From assembly GCA_045592705.1 (NCBI GenBank), contig JAZNVG010000029.1, positions 3,704 through 67,703 of the forward strand: a DNA stretch of 64,000 nt, given 5' to 3'. The notes under the pieces are model-generated. The model worked only from the letters and a program-made list of their open reading frames with translations. It was not told where the DNA came from and did no database searches. Positions 20,307 through 29,229 of the stretch are shown in pieces; positions within the stretch are counted from its first letter, which is position 1; each line of letters opens with the position of its first letter. The position numbers and the translations under genes are program-made. The stretch comes from Acutalibacteraceae bacterium. Lineage in GTDB: Bacteria > Bacillota > Clostridia > Oscillospirales > Acutalibacteraceae.

Positions 20307-20340
20307 AAACGGACGGTCTGCCGCGGCAGACCGTCCGTTT
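20307..20340. terminator. Bidirectional terminator; perfect 34-bp palindrome
   Basis: AAACGGACGGTCTGCCG|CGGCAGACCGTCCGTTT between convergent trxB and MATE genes. Confidence 0.85.
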
Positions 20341-20342
20341 TC

Positions 20343-21692
20343 TTATTTTTCTTCTTTTATTTTTTTGAGGGCTGTTCTCAGGAAGAAAGCTGACAGAATC
20401 AGTGACATTATTTCTGCAATCGGGAAAGCCCACCAGATGTAATTAACGTTGCCGAGTCTTGACAGCAGAAATGCGACGGGGATGAGCACAACAAGCTGTC
20501 TGCCGACTGAAACCAAAAGGCTGTACATACTTTTACCGAGCGCCTGACATACCGAGCCTGCAACAATGCAGAAGCCGGCAAAAAGATAGCTTAAGCTGAT
20601 TGTGCGCAGGGCAACTCTGCCGATTTCTTTCATTTCTGCAGAGGCATTGAAAATAGAAAGCAGACTGTCGGGGAAAATCTGGAAAACAAGCAGTGCGATA
20701 AACATAATTGATACCGCATAAATAATGCTGAGTTTGAGTGTCTTTTGAATACGGTCGATTTTGCGTGCACCGTAGTTGTAAGCGATAATCGGCACCATAC
20801 CGTTGTTAAGACCGAAAACGGGCATAAAAGCAAAGCTCTGAAGCTTGAAATAAACGCCGAAAACCGCAACGGCGGTTGAGGTGTAGGCAATGAGCAGAAG
20901 ATTCATACAATATGTCATTACCGAACCGATGGCGGCAAGCAGAATTGACGGTGTGCCGATGTACATAATTCTGCCGAAGATTGAAATGTGCGTTTTGAAG
21001 AAATAACTGATTTTGATTTTCAGATCTTTGTTGAGCGTAAAATGAAGAATGATTGCGGTGATGCCTGCAACCGTCTGACCGATGACCGTTGCAACCGCTG
21101 CACCCTCAACGCCCATTGCAGGTACGCCGTATTTGCCGAAAATGAAAACAGGGTCAAGAATGATGTTTATAATTGCACCCACGCTCTGTGTAATCATTGA
21201 AAGCTTTGTTTTGCCGGTTGAAAGAAGCATTCTCTCGAACGAAATCTGTGTAAAAACGCCGAAGGATAAGCAGCAACAGACTTTAAGATAATCAGAACCC
21301 ATTTCAACAATTTCGGGCACATCTGTCTGCGAATTCATAAAGGCTGTTGTGCCGAAAAGACCAAGCACAAAGAAAAGTACGGCGGCAATGTAGCTGAGCA
21401 TAAGACCGTGTGCGGCTGTCTGACCTGCTTTTTTGCCGTCTTTTTCGCCCAGTGCCTTCGAAATGAGCGCATTCATACCGACACCGATGCCGACACCTGC
21501 GGCAATCAGAAGATTCTGCACGGGGAAGGCGAGTGAAACGGCGGTCAGTGCGTTTTCACTCAGCTTTGCAACATAATAGCTGTCAACAACGTTGTAAAAA
21601 GCCTGCACAAGCATTGAAATCATCATCGGCACAGACATATTAATCAGCAGCTTGTTTACGGGCATAATGCCCATTTTGTTTTCCTGAGTCAA
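20343..21692 (-). CDS. MATE family efflux transporter
   Basis: 12-TM pattern, FYNVVDS, NIILDPVFIFG..MGVEGAAVATVIGQ; probable TTG start 8 nt after GGAGG. Confidence 0.93.
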   Translation of the reverse strand: MTQENKMGIMPVNKLLINMSVPMMISMLVQAFYNVVDSYYVAKLSENALTAVSLAFPVQNLLIAAGVGIGVGMNALISKALGEKDGKKAGQTAAHGLMLSYIAAVLFFVLGLFGTTAFMNSQTDVPEIVEMGSDYLKVCCCLSFGVFTQISFERMLLSTGKTKLSMITQSVGAIINIILDPVFIFGKYGVPAMGVEGAAVATVIGQTVAGITAIILHFTLNKDLKIKISYFFKTHISIFGRIMYIGTPSILLAAIGSVMTYCMNLLLIAYTSTAVAVFGVYFKLQSFAFMPVFGLNNGMVPIIAYNYGARKIDRIQKTLKLSIIYAVSIMFIALLVFQIFPDSLLSIFNASAEMKEIGRVALRTISLSYLFAGFCIVAGSVCQALGKSMYSLLVSVGRQLVVLIPVAFLLSRLGNVNYIWWAFPIAEIMSLILSAFFLRTALKKIKEEK

Positions 21693-21817
21693 AAGAAAAA
21701 CCTCCAAAATATATTACCTTGAAATGATAATATTTTTTGAAGGCTTCTGTCAATATGATTTTATAATGATATTTGTGTCGTATTTTTTATGTTTTTGTGC
21801 TTTTTGCTTGATGTGGT

Positions 21818-23515
21818 TTATCCGCTGACTTTACCGCCCCATTCGACAACGGTGAATCCGTTTCTTTCGTGAGTCGGCAACTCTTGTTCTTTAACTCCGA
21901 CGGGTGACTCAAGAGGAGTGTAAACCATAAAAATTCTTATCACCGTGTCGGGCTTGGGGTGAATGTCAAGCTCTGCCTTTTCAGTGTATTCTTCACCGAC
22001 AAAAGTGATTAAATTGTAGCTGTTCTTTGTAAGTACAGGCACCCAGAATTCCATAAAATCAGCTCTCTCTTTTTCATTTAACCCCATATAAGTCAGTTTT
22101 TCTGCAAGGAATTCTTTCGTGTCGATTCCCTTAACGCAGAAACCTTCGTTTCGGTCTGTTTTTATATCAAGTTCCGCTTCCCAGAAAAGATATTCGTAAA
22201 CTGTCAGGTCGTTGTTTACAATTGTGCCGTCGGGGAATACAGTGACCTGCCAACCGCTGTTATATAAGGGCTCGCTTACGGTCAGCTTTCCGTCAAGGTT
22301 GAGCTTTACGCTGACATTTGTTTTTTCTTCGGGATAAAGATAAATTACCGGTTTGTAGGCGACCATCGGATCGGGTTCAAAATTGCTTTGAGCAACTGAA
22401 TAAGCGGTTACGGTCTGCTTGTTGTCGCCTGTGTTTTTTATTGACTCGGATTTATATTTGACATCAACAAAATCGCCGACTTTGAAGTTTTCCGACAGGT
22501 CAAAAATAATTGTGTATTCAAGAGGGGAGGGCCAAGGGTGAGTGCCCTTGAAATAGCCGTTGCCGATTTCCGTAATTTCAACCGTCAGCATATCGCTGTC
22601 TGCAAAGTTACTGCTTTGCAGCGGCTCAGAGCAGATAACGGCATCATCAACATTCATTACTGCCGTTTCATAATCACCCGCGGGGATTGTCACGATAATT
22701 GTCCACATTGCAATGTCGCAGGTGCCGACCTCGGGCACGATTCTTGCAACATCAACATTGATTTCTTTTCCGTTTAACCACACGCTTTCAATGTAATGGC
22801 TGTTACTGCCGCTCGGCTCGTAAAGATTGACAAAAACAAGGGCGTTTTTCTTGAAAAAGCTTTCGTCACAGTGCGAAACATAATCTTTCACACCTTTTCC
22901 GCCGTCGGCGGCATTAAGCGAAAAACCGCAGATGTGGTCGTCAAAATGTGCGTTAAGCTCCGCAGCGCTCTGAACAATCTGACAGCTGTTTTCCCATATT
23001 CCGTCACAGTCTTCAATGGCAACGCGCACGGTGTCAGAAGAAAATTTGAGTGTTTTTATCGGTGAATTTGTTGTTGACACGGTACTTGTGGTGTTTGTGG
23101 TGCTTGAGATATTTTCCTTTTCCGTGTTGCGTGCACGGTAAAGGGTGAATGTGCCGTCAGTTCCTTTTACCGCAACGCATTCGCTCTGATTCTTTACGGA
23201 ATAAATCTCTGTGCCGACGGGCAGAAAGCTTGCGCTGAAATCCTGTGATACATAGTTTTCGTATTCGCTTTCTTTCATTTCGGACGGCACTTGCACGGCT
23301 ACCGTGCCGAGCAGGTCACCGATTAAATCTTCACTGATGTCGGCATCTTCGACGTTGTTGTTGTACTCGTAGCTCACACCGTCAACCTTTACAAAATCAA
23401 CCCATTCAACAATAACAACAGAGTCAATAAACGGCAGGTCGATGCCTTTGCTGCAACCTGAAAAGGCACACAGTGCAAAAACAAGGGCAAGCGCGGCACA
23501 TAATAATCTTTTCAT
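21818..23515 (-). CDS. Multidomain lipoprotein with PrcB-like domain and C-terminal KPVIYLYP domain
   Basis: Lipobox FSGC; Thr-rich linker; SGSNSHYIESV..GTCDIAMW (PrcB-like); KPVIYLYP...YLFWE...DFMEFW...VVEWGG; start refined to MKRLL after GGAGGG. Confidence 0.8.
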   Translation of the reverse strand: MKRLLCAALALVFALCAFSGCSKGIDLPFIDSVVIVEWVDFVKVDGVSYEYNNNVEDADISEDLIGDLLGTVAVQVPSEMKESEYENYVSQDFSASFLPVGTEIYSVKNQSECVAVKGTDGTFTLYRARNTEKENISSTTNTTSTVSTTNSPIKTLKFSSDTVRVAIEDCDGIWENSCQIVQSAAELNAHFDDHICGFSLNAADGGKGVKDYVSHCDESFFKKNALVFVNLYEPSGSNSHYIESVWLNGKEINVDVARIVPEVGTCDIAMWTIIVTIPAGDYETAVMNVDDAVICSEPLQSSNFADSDMLTVEITEIGNGYFKGTHPWPSPLEYTIIFDLSENFKVGDFVDVKYKSESIKNTGDNKQTVTAYSVAQSNFEPDPMVAYKPVIYLYPEEKTNVSVKLNLDGKLTVSEPLYNSGWQVTVFPDGTIVNNDLTVYEYLFWEAELDIKTDRNEGFCVKGIDTKEFLAEKLTYMGLNEKERADFMEFWVPVLTKNSYNLITFVGEEYTEKAELDIHPKPDTVIRIFMVYTPLESPVGVKEQELPTHERNGFTVVEWGGKVSG

Positions 23516-23517
23516 TT

Positions 23518-24774
23518 TTATCCCTCCATGGTTGTAACAACACCGATGAATATCGGCAGACGGTTTTGCGTGTCGATTATTGCACATACAAAGGGACGGT
23601 TGAGAATTACCTCTTTTGCGACAACTTCTGCGGATTTTTCATCGGCACCGACAAGGGTGATTGCGCCTGCTTTTGTGCCGTGCTCATCAACGCAGATATA
23701 TGTTTTATGAATTACCGTGCTGATGTAGCATGGGTTTTCTGCCATCCTTGAAAAATCGGCAAGATTGCCGTCAAAAGCGCTCGGCATTCCCATATTTTTT
23801 AATCCGTCGGTAAGCTCAATGTCAAAGTCAAACTCGAACTTCGGCATCGCCGTGTGAACGGTTTCGTTACTGCCGTTTTCAAGAATGTTCAGCAGTTTTT
23901 CACCGCTGAGTGTTGCGACAAAATCGTAAATATTCACGTTTTCATCGGGCAAAAGTGCGGCAAAGGCATAGTCGCCGCCTTTGTAATTCTTCATAAAGCC
24001 CTGTGCGTTGTCACAGCTTAAATAAATCTGTTCTTCCGAGTGCAGAAATTCAACATCCTGCCTTCTGCCTTTTGCGTCTGTGAATACGCGGTTAAAGACC
24101 TCTGACCTTTCGTAAGTTTTTTCCCATTCACCGTCAAAAGCAAGACAGTTGATAAGATAAAGAATTGTGTTAGGGTTGATTGAGTCAATGATTGAGTCAA
24201 TCATTCCGTCCGTACCTTTGTCAACCCATTTGTTTATTTTTTTGACAGTTGAGTCATCAAACGGCTCTTTGTAGGCCGCCGCACCGTAGTAATCGGCATT
24301 TATCTGCAAAAAGTCAGGCTTTACCTTTGCAAAATCCTGTCTGAACCAGATTGAATTTGCAATTGAAAATTTTACCTTTTCACTGTTCGGTAAAGATTTC
24401 TGATACGTGTACAGATATTCGTTGAGTGCATTGATTTCAATACCGCCGAGGGCACTTTCCATTTCGGCAAGTGTCTGAGAGTCGGCACCGTTTGCGGTCA
24501 TTGCAAGGGCAAGCATTACCGAAAGGGGAGAAACAAGTGTGCACTTTTCCCGGGAAACGCTTTCATTTAACAGATTTGCCGTAAAGGTGCAGTAGGCCGT
24601 TTTGAATAACTCGTCGGGAGCTTTTTCGTTTACACTTTGCGCAGTTATGTTTTCCATAAGGTCGGCCGCCTGCGCGGTGGGCAAAACGGCGGTGCAGGCA
24701 GAAAGATTAAAGATAAGGGAAAAAGCAAGGATTAAGCAGATAACCGAAAGGAAAAATCTTTTCATTTTGTTCAC
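23518..24774 (-). CDS. Serpin (serine protease inhibitor) lipoprotein
   Basis: Lipobox LSAC; LVSPLSV, ANSIW, INKWV, NCLAFDGEW, MPKFE, VDEHGTKAGA hinge, LNRPF. Confidence 0.95.
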   Translation of the reverse strand: MNKMKRFFLSVICLILAFSLIFNLSACTAVLPTAQAADLMENITAQSVNEKAPDELFKTAYCTFTANLLNESVSREKCTLVSPLSVMLALAMTANGADSQTLAEMESALGGIEINALNEYLYTYQKSLPNSEKVKFSIANSIWFRQDFAKVKPDFLQINADYYGAAAYKEPFDDSTVKKINKWVDKGTDGMIDSIIDSINPNTILYLINCLAFDGEWEKTYERSEVFNRVFTDAKGRRQDVEFLHSEEQIYLSCDNAQGFMKNYKGGDYAFAALLPDENVNIYDFVATLSGEKLLNILENGSNETVHTAMPKFEFDFDIELTDGLKNMGMPSAFDGNLADFSRMAENPCYISTVIHKTYICVDEHGTKAGAITLVGADEKSAEVVAKEVILNRPFVCAIIDTQNRLPIFIGVVTTMEG

Positions 24775-24777
24775 TCC

Positions 24778-25440
24778 TTAAGCCAATATTAAGCTTTTGA
24801 TAATTTCGTTGTTTTCGGGACCGATGCCGTACCATTCGTTGCCGAAGCACACAGCGCCGTCCGTCCAGAAATAAATATCGCCCGTTTTTATGAAGGTAAT
24901 GATGTAATAATCGTCGGGTGCCTGAAAATCGAGCATGATTTTCTCTTCGGGGTCAAGTGCCGACAGCAGCTTTTCGTAATCGGTGTAAAGCTCTTTTATA
25001 AAATCGGGGTAGTTGTTGCGTGTTACGTTTGCAACTGCTTCTGATGCGTTTCCGGAAAGAACGGTTGCTTGCGACTTTGCGGTTGTTGCAGGAATTGAAT
25101 CCAAAATGTCGCCGCCCGAAGCCGCATAATTGTCAAGACCGTCAACCGAGTCCGTGTCGATGACATCGTTGTTGCTGTCAGAAAAATCGCCGACGGTTGT
25201 GACGACTGTTGTCGAAACGTCTGTTGCTGATTGCCCGATGTTGACCAATTCATTTTCAGCTTCTGCCATATCAGCGGATTTCTCAGCGAAAAAGCCGGAA
25301 GAAAGTGCGGATATGCCGATAACAACAACTGCACACAGCGGCACAAGCGTTGCAAAAGCGGTGATTTGCTTTTTGCGCTGCTTTACGGCAATGTTGCGTT
25401 TTTTGTAAATGCTTTCAAGGTATTCATCTCGGTTTTTCAT
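24778..25440 (-). CDS. Probable anti-sigma factor (single TM, extracytoplasmic C-terminus)
   Basis: Basic N-terminus, one hydrophobic helix, Ser/Thr/Asp-rich exterior; overlaps the end of the ECF sigma gene. Confidence 0.65.
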   Translation of the reverse strand: MKNRDEYLESIYKKRNIAVKQRKKQITAFATLVPLCAVVVIGISALSSGFFAEKSADMAEAENELVNIGQSATDVSTTVVTTVGDFSDSNNDVIDTDSVDGLDNYAASGGDILDSIPATTAKSQATVLSGNASEAVANVTRNNYPDFIKELYTDYEKLLSALDPEEKIMLDFQAPDDYYIITFIKTGDIYFWTDGAVCFGNEWYGIGPENNEIIKSLILA

Positions 25441-25981
25441 CTGCATATCCCTCCTTTTCCATTTTTGTTTTTAGGGCTTGCTTTGCGCGGTAAGCAAGGT
25501 TTTCAATTTGCTTTTTGTTTTTTTTCATTACTTTTGCGGTGTCTTCGTTTGACATTTCTTCGAAATAGATAAGATGTAAAACGGTCTTGTAATCGTCGTT
25601 AAGAGTGTTGAGACAGCGGTGCAACGCACGCATTTTCTCCTGCTTTAAAAACTGTTCTTCGGTGCTTTGTGTGCCTGAATAATTTTCCGCAGACCCGTAG
25701 TCTGTTTCGGGGTGACGAGCCAAGCGGCGCACTGCATCAAGCGCTTTGTGGCGCGCAACGGCAAACAGGTATGTTTTAAAAGAGGCTTTGAAATTGTAGC
25801 GGTGCCTGCGCATAAGCACCTCAACAAAAACATCCTCTGAAATATCCTCGGCAAGCGAGTAGTTTTTAACATATCTGTTGATAAAAAATATTAAATTGTC
25901 GGCATAGAGGTCAACAATTTCCTCAAATGCCTTTTGGTCGCCGTCAAGAAAACGGCGGTAAAGCAGGGTACCCTTATCCAT
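25424..25981 (-). CDS. ECF-type RNA polymerase sigma-70 factor
   Basis: AEDISEDVF, FKTYLFAVARHKALD, region 4 (LIYFEEMSNEDTAKVM...LAYRAK); start refined to MDKG after GGAGG. Confidence 0.93.
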   Translation of the reverse strand: MDKGTLLYRRFLDGDQKAFEEIVDLYADNLIFFINRYVKNYSLAEDISEDVFVEVLMRRHRYNFKASFKTYLFAVARHKALDAVRRLARHPETDYGSAENYSGTQSTEEQFLKQEKMRALHRCLNTLNDDYKTVLHLIYFEEMSNEDTAKVMKKNKKQIENLAYRAKQALKTKMEKEGYADEKPR

Positions 25982-26010
25982 AAAAAGCCTCCGCGTCAAG
26001 CTTTCATCTT

Positions 26011-26040
26011 TTAGTCGCATAAAAAGTGAAAAACACTCAC
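26011..26040 (-). promoter_or_regulatory. Candidate ECF-type autoregulatory promoter
   Basis: Minus strand TGAGTG-16 nt T-rich spacer-CGACTAA, similar to ECF TGAAAC-16-CGTC/CGAC architecture. Confidence 0.45.
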
Positions 26041-26091
26041 TTAAAAATAAAATATTTCAGTTAAATTTTAAACCCTGCCGTAAAAAAAGTC

Positions 26092-26117
26092 AACGGAGCC
26101 TCCGCAGAGACTCCGTT
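26092..26117 (-). terminator. Terminator after mazF
   Basis: AACGGAG...CTCCGTT stem with an adjacent A7 run on the + strand. Confidence 0.7.
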
Positions 26118-26127
26118 ATAATGTAAG

Positions 26128-26481
26128 TTATACAAGTGCCGTAATACCCAAGCTGACCGAAAGCGCACGGTCAACGCGTGTCATATCCGTGTCGTTGAGG
26201 TAGCCCATTTTTTCTTTAAGCCGCTTTTTGTCAAGTGTTCTTACCTGCTCAAGCAATACAATGGAATCTTTGGCAAGGCCGCAACCGTCCGCATTTACAC
26301 GGATGTGTGTGGGCATACTTGTTTTGTATTTCTGGCTTGTTATTGCCGCGGCAATTACCGTGGGGCTGAATTTGTTGCCGACATCATTTTGCACAATCAG
26401 CACAGGCCTTGTGCCGCCTTGCTCCGAACCGACCACTGGGCTCAGGTCGGCATAATAAATTTCTCCCCGTCTGACATTCAT
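26128..26481 (-). CDS. mazF: MazF/PemK (EndoA/NdoA) endoribonuclease toxin
   Basis: [47 protein letters not shown]; true start at 26481 after GGGGAG. Confidence 0.96.
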   Translation of the reverse strand: MNVRRGEIYYADLSPVVGSEQGGTRPVLIVQNDVGNKFSPTVIAAAITSQKYKTSMPTHIRVNADGCGLAKDSIVLLEQVRTLDKKRLKEKMGYLNDTDMTRVDRALSVSLGITALV

Positions 26482-26616
26482 TTTATCACTCCCCGGTGAA
26501 TTTGTTTTCAAAAATATTTTTGACAGTAAAAAGCAAAATAAACATACCTTTTTAAAAATCGGGGAGGAATTTTTAAAAGGCTTACATTTAAAGTATATTC
26601 GGCTTTTTAAAAAATG

Positions 26617-26641
26617 AAACGGAAGCAAAACGCTTCCGTTT
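26617..26641 (-). terminator. Terminator separating the lipoprotein gene from mazF
   Basis: AAACGGAAGC / GCTTCCGTTT 10-bp stem, T-rich tail on the minus strand. Confidence 0.8.
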
Positions 26642-26646
26642 CAGAA

Positions 26647-27156
26647 TCATTTGAAATTGCTGAATGTTATGTTAAGGTTGAGGCTCTCTACCGAAAGAGT
26701 ATTAAATGCTCCTGTGGCGACATTTTGCGTAAGTATGTATCCGCCCGAATCAGTGCTGCCGGAGTAAGTCCACATTCCGTCGGCATAAGTCGGTGTTATG
26801 TTTGCTGTCGGCAAAGTATCGAGAATATCAGCAACAACACTGCAAAATGCGGTTTGCGGATAACGGCCGATATCGGTCTCAAAGCGAAGGTCGTTGTAAG
26901 TGACTGTACAGATACCGCCCTCAAAGCTGAGCGCCATCGGTTCAAGTGCGGCAGGGGAGAGCATATCGAATGTGTAACTCGCAAACGAGTTTTGCCTCAT
27001 TGTTGCCGTCATTTCATTGCCGTTGTAGCTTATGGCAAGGTCAGCTGTAAAGGTGTCGGGGATTTTCGGCGGAGCGTTTTCGGTGTTTTGGAATTCCTGT
27101 TTGCCGCAACCGCAAAACAGCAGAAGGGCAAGTAAAAGCACGGGAATCTTCTTCAA
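26647..27156 (-). CDS. Lipoprotein, LolA-like (YdcC/GerS-position) hypothetical
   Basis: Lipobox FCGC; beta-rich; occupies the ydcC/gerS position downstream of acpS-nnr. Confidence 0.6.
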   Translation of the reverse strand: MKKIPVLLLALLLFCGCGKQEFQNTENAPPKIPDTFTADLAISYNGNEMTATMRQNSFASYTFDMLSPAALEPMALSFEGGICTVTYNDLRFETDIGRYPQTAFCSVVADILDTLPTANITPTYADGMWTYSGSTDSGGYILTQNVATGAFNTLSVESLNLNITFSNFK

Positions 27157-27176
27157 TCAATCACCTGCAATCAAAT

Positions 27177-28712
27177 TCAGTAATTTGAAAGAAGAGCAGG
27201 TAATTCCAAAGCAAGGTCGGACGGCAAAAGTCCTCTCGGCGAAAGTTTTTGAGCCGCCGTGGCGGCAACTTTGCCGTGCAGGTAAACCGCAACCCTTGCG
27301 GCATTGACGGGTGAAACGCCTTGAGCCAGTAAGGAAAGCATCATGCCGGCGAGAAGGTCGCCGCTTCCGCCCTTAGCAAGTGAGGTATTGCCTGTACGGT
27401 TGATATAAATTGGATGCAAATCAGCCGTGTTGCAAACAACGGTGTTTGCGCCTTTGAGCACAAGGGTTATGCCGAAATTTTGCGAAAATTTTTTTGCGAT
27501 ACCGACCGGGTCGGCAAGAATTTCTGCAATCTCTTTGCCGCAAAGTCTGCTCATTTCACCGGGGTGCGGTGTCAGAATTACGGGTGCGCTTGCTTCTTTC
27601 AATATATCTATATTTTTCGCAACAAGATTTATTCCGTCCGCATCAATAATTATCGGCTTTTTGCAATTTTTTATAATTTCATATACGATTTCGGTTGTGT
27701 CCGCATTGACCCCCAGACCGCAACCGATGAGAACGGCGCTTGCTTTTTTTGCGCTTTCAAGCAGTGCGGGCAGTGCTGCAACCGCGAATGTGCCCTGAGT
27801 ATTTGAGGGCAGGGGAAGCATCAACGGCTCTGTAAGTTTTGGCGCAATTGCCGCGTATGCCGCGTCGGGGAATGAGGCGGTCACAAGTCCTGCACCCATC
27901 CTGAGCGCTCCGCTTGCCGCCAGCACGGCGGCACCCTGCATATTTTTACTGCCGCAGATGCTCAAAGCGTGTCCGAAAGTGCCTTTGTTTGAAACTGCGG
28001 GTCTTGCGGGCAGTAATGCCGAAATATCGGCGTCGTCATAGGTGACAAATGCATCTGTGCCGAGGGCTTCAAAATCGTTATCGGTAATGCCGATGTCGGC
28101 AATTATAACTTTGCCGCAGGCGTCATTTGCGGGCTTTAATATGTGGAGCTTTTTCAGTGCGGAAATGGCGATTGTTGTGTCGGCTTTAATGTATGCACCC
28201 GTAATTTCGGGTTTGTCACAGTTGATGCCAGATGGCACATCAATGCTTATTTTTTCGCCTTTTGCCGCGTTGATTTTTTTGCAAAGTTCGGCCAATTCGC
28301 CGTCAATTGAACCGCTGAAGCCTGTGCCGAAAATGCAGTCCACAATGATGTCTGCACAGTTGAGACTGTCGGTATCAATATCCTTTTGGATAACGGCAAT
28401 TTTCTCTGTGTCAAGCTGAGAAAACATATAAACTGCGTCCTCTGCCTTCGGTGCGCCGAGGGCAAGCAAAACGGTCACCTTACAACCCGATTCACAGAGT
28501 TTTCGTGCGATTACAAAACCGTCGCCGCCGTTTTTTCCTTTGCCGCAGACAACAAGAATATTTTTTGTCTGTGTGCGGATACCGTATTCATCAATAATGA
28601 TTTCGGCACAAGCCGTGCCTGCGTTTTCCATAAGCTGTGTGAAAGAGATTCCGCGCTCAACCGCAGAAGTTTCTGCGGCGAACATCTGCTTTGATGTCAG
28701 AATATAATTCAT
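27177..28712 (-). CDS. nnr: Bifunctional NAD(P)H-hydrate epimerase/dehydratase
   Basis: LMENAG, GKGKNGGDG, DCIFGTG, DVPSG; NKGTFG, IDADG, LTPHPGEM, LAKGGSGDLLAG. Confidence 0.94.
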   Translation of the reverse strand: MNYILTSKQMFAAETSAVERGISFTQLMENAGTACAEIIIDEYGIRTQTKNILVVCGKGKNGGDGFVIARKLCESGCKVTVLLALGAPKAEDAVYMFSQLDTEKIAVIQKDIDTDSLNCADIIVDCIFGTGFSGSIDGELAELCKKINAAKGEKISIDVPSGINCDKPEITGAYIKADTTIAISALKKLHILKPANDACGKVIIADIGITDNDFEALGTDAFVTYDDADISALLPARPAVSNKGTFGHALSICGSKNMQGAAVLAASGALRMGAGLVTASFPDAAYAAIAPKLTEPLMLPLPSNTQGTFAVAALPALLESAKKASAVLIGCGLGVNADTTEIVYEIIKNCKKPIIIDADGINLVAKNIDILKEASAPVILTPHPGEMSRLCGKEIAEILADPVGIAKKFSQNFGITLVLKGANTVVCNTADLHPIYINRTGNTSLAKGGSGDLLAGMMLSLLAQGVSPVNAARVAVYLHGKVAATAAQKLSPRGLLPSDLALELPALLSNY

Positions 28713-29083
28713 CTTTTTTCCCTCTTGAATGCAATTACCGCCGCCGTGGCGGTGGTGTCGGTGTGTGTAAGGCTTACATCAAAATCAAGACCGTTTTCGT
28801 CGGCAATTTCTTTTGCCGTTCCCGAAAGAACAAGGTAAGGCTTGCCTTTTTCGTCGTTAAGCACCTGAATGTCGTTTAATGAAATGCCCGAAAGTCCCGT
28901 TCCGATTGCCTTTGAAAACGCTTCTTTTGCAGCAAAACGAGCGGCAACACTCTGCGCCGGGATATCTTTTTCTTCAATCAATTTTTGCTCTTCTTCGCCC
29001 AGAATATAGCCGAGAAAACGGGGGTTCTGCATTGATTTTTTTATTCTTGCAATTTCAACGCTGTCAATTCCTATTTTAAACAT
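28709..29083 (-). CDS. acpS: Holo-[acyl-carrier-protein] synthase
   Basis: GIDSVEIARI, AARFAAKEAFSKAIGTG, GKP, VSLTH. Confidence 0.96.
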   Translation of the reverse strand: MFKIGIDSVEIARIKKSMQNPRFLGYILGEEEQKLIEEKDIPAQSVAARFAAKEAFSKAIGTGLSGISLNDIQVLNDEKGKPYLVLSGTAKEIADENGLDFDVSLTHTDTTATAAVIAFKREKR

Positions 29084-29183
29084 TGTTTTATTCCTCCCGC
29101 AGTGTCTGCTGAAATTATATCATCTGCCCGTGTGCTTGTCTACCGATAAATTATTTAAATATTAAAAAAATCTGTATTTACAC

Positions 29184-29212
29184 TTGAAAAAATAAAAAGG
29201 ATGTGATAAACT
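29184..29212 (+). promoter_or_regulatory. SigA promoter of the pheST leader
   Basis: TTGAAA-17 nt-TAAACT with extended TG. Confidence 0.7.
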
Positions 29213-29229
29213 ACTTGCAATGTTAAACG

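Noticed and set aside
26482-26628. 49-aa N-terminal extension of MazF as a fused antitoxin
   Set aside because: It starts at a TTG inside a terminator hairpin, has low-complexity K/F content and no RBS; a good RBS precedes ATG 26481
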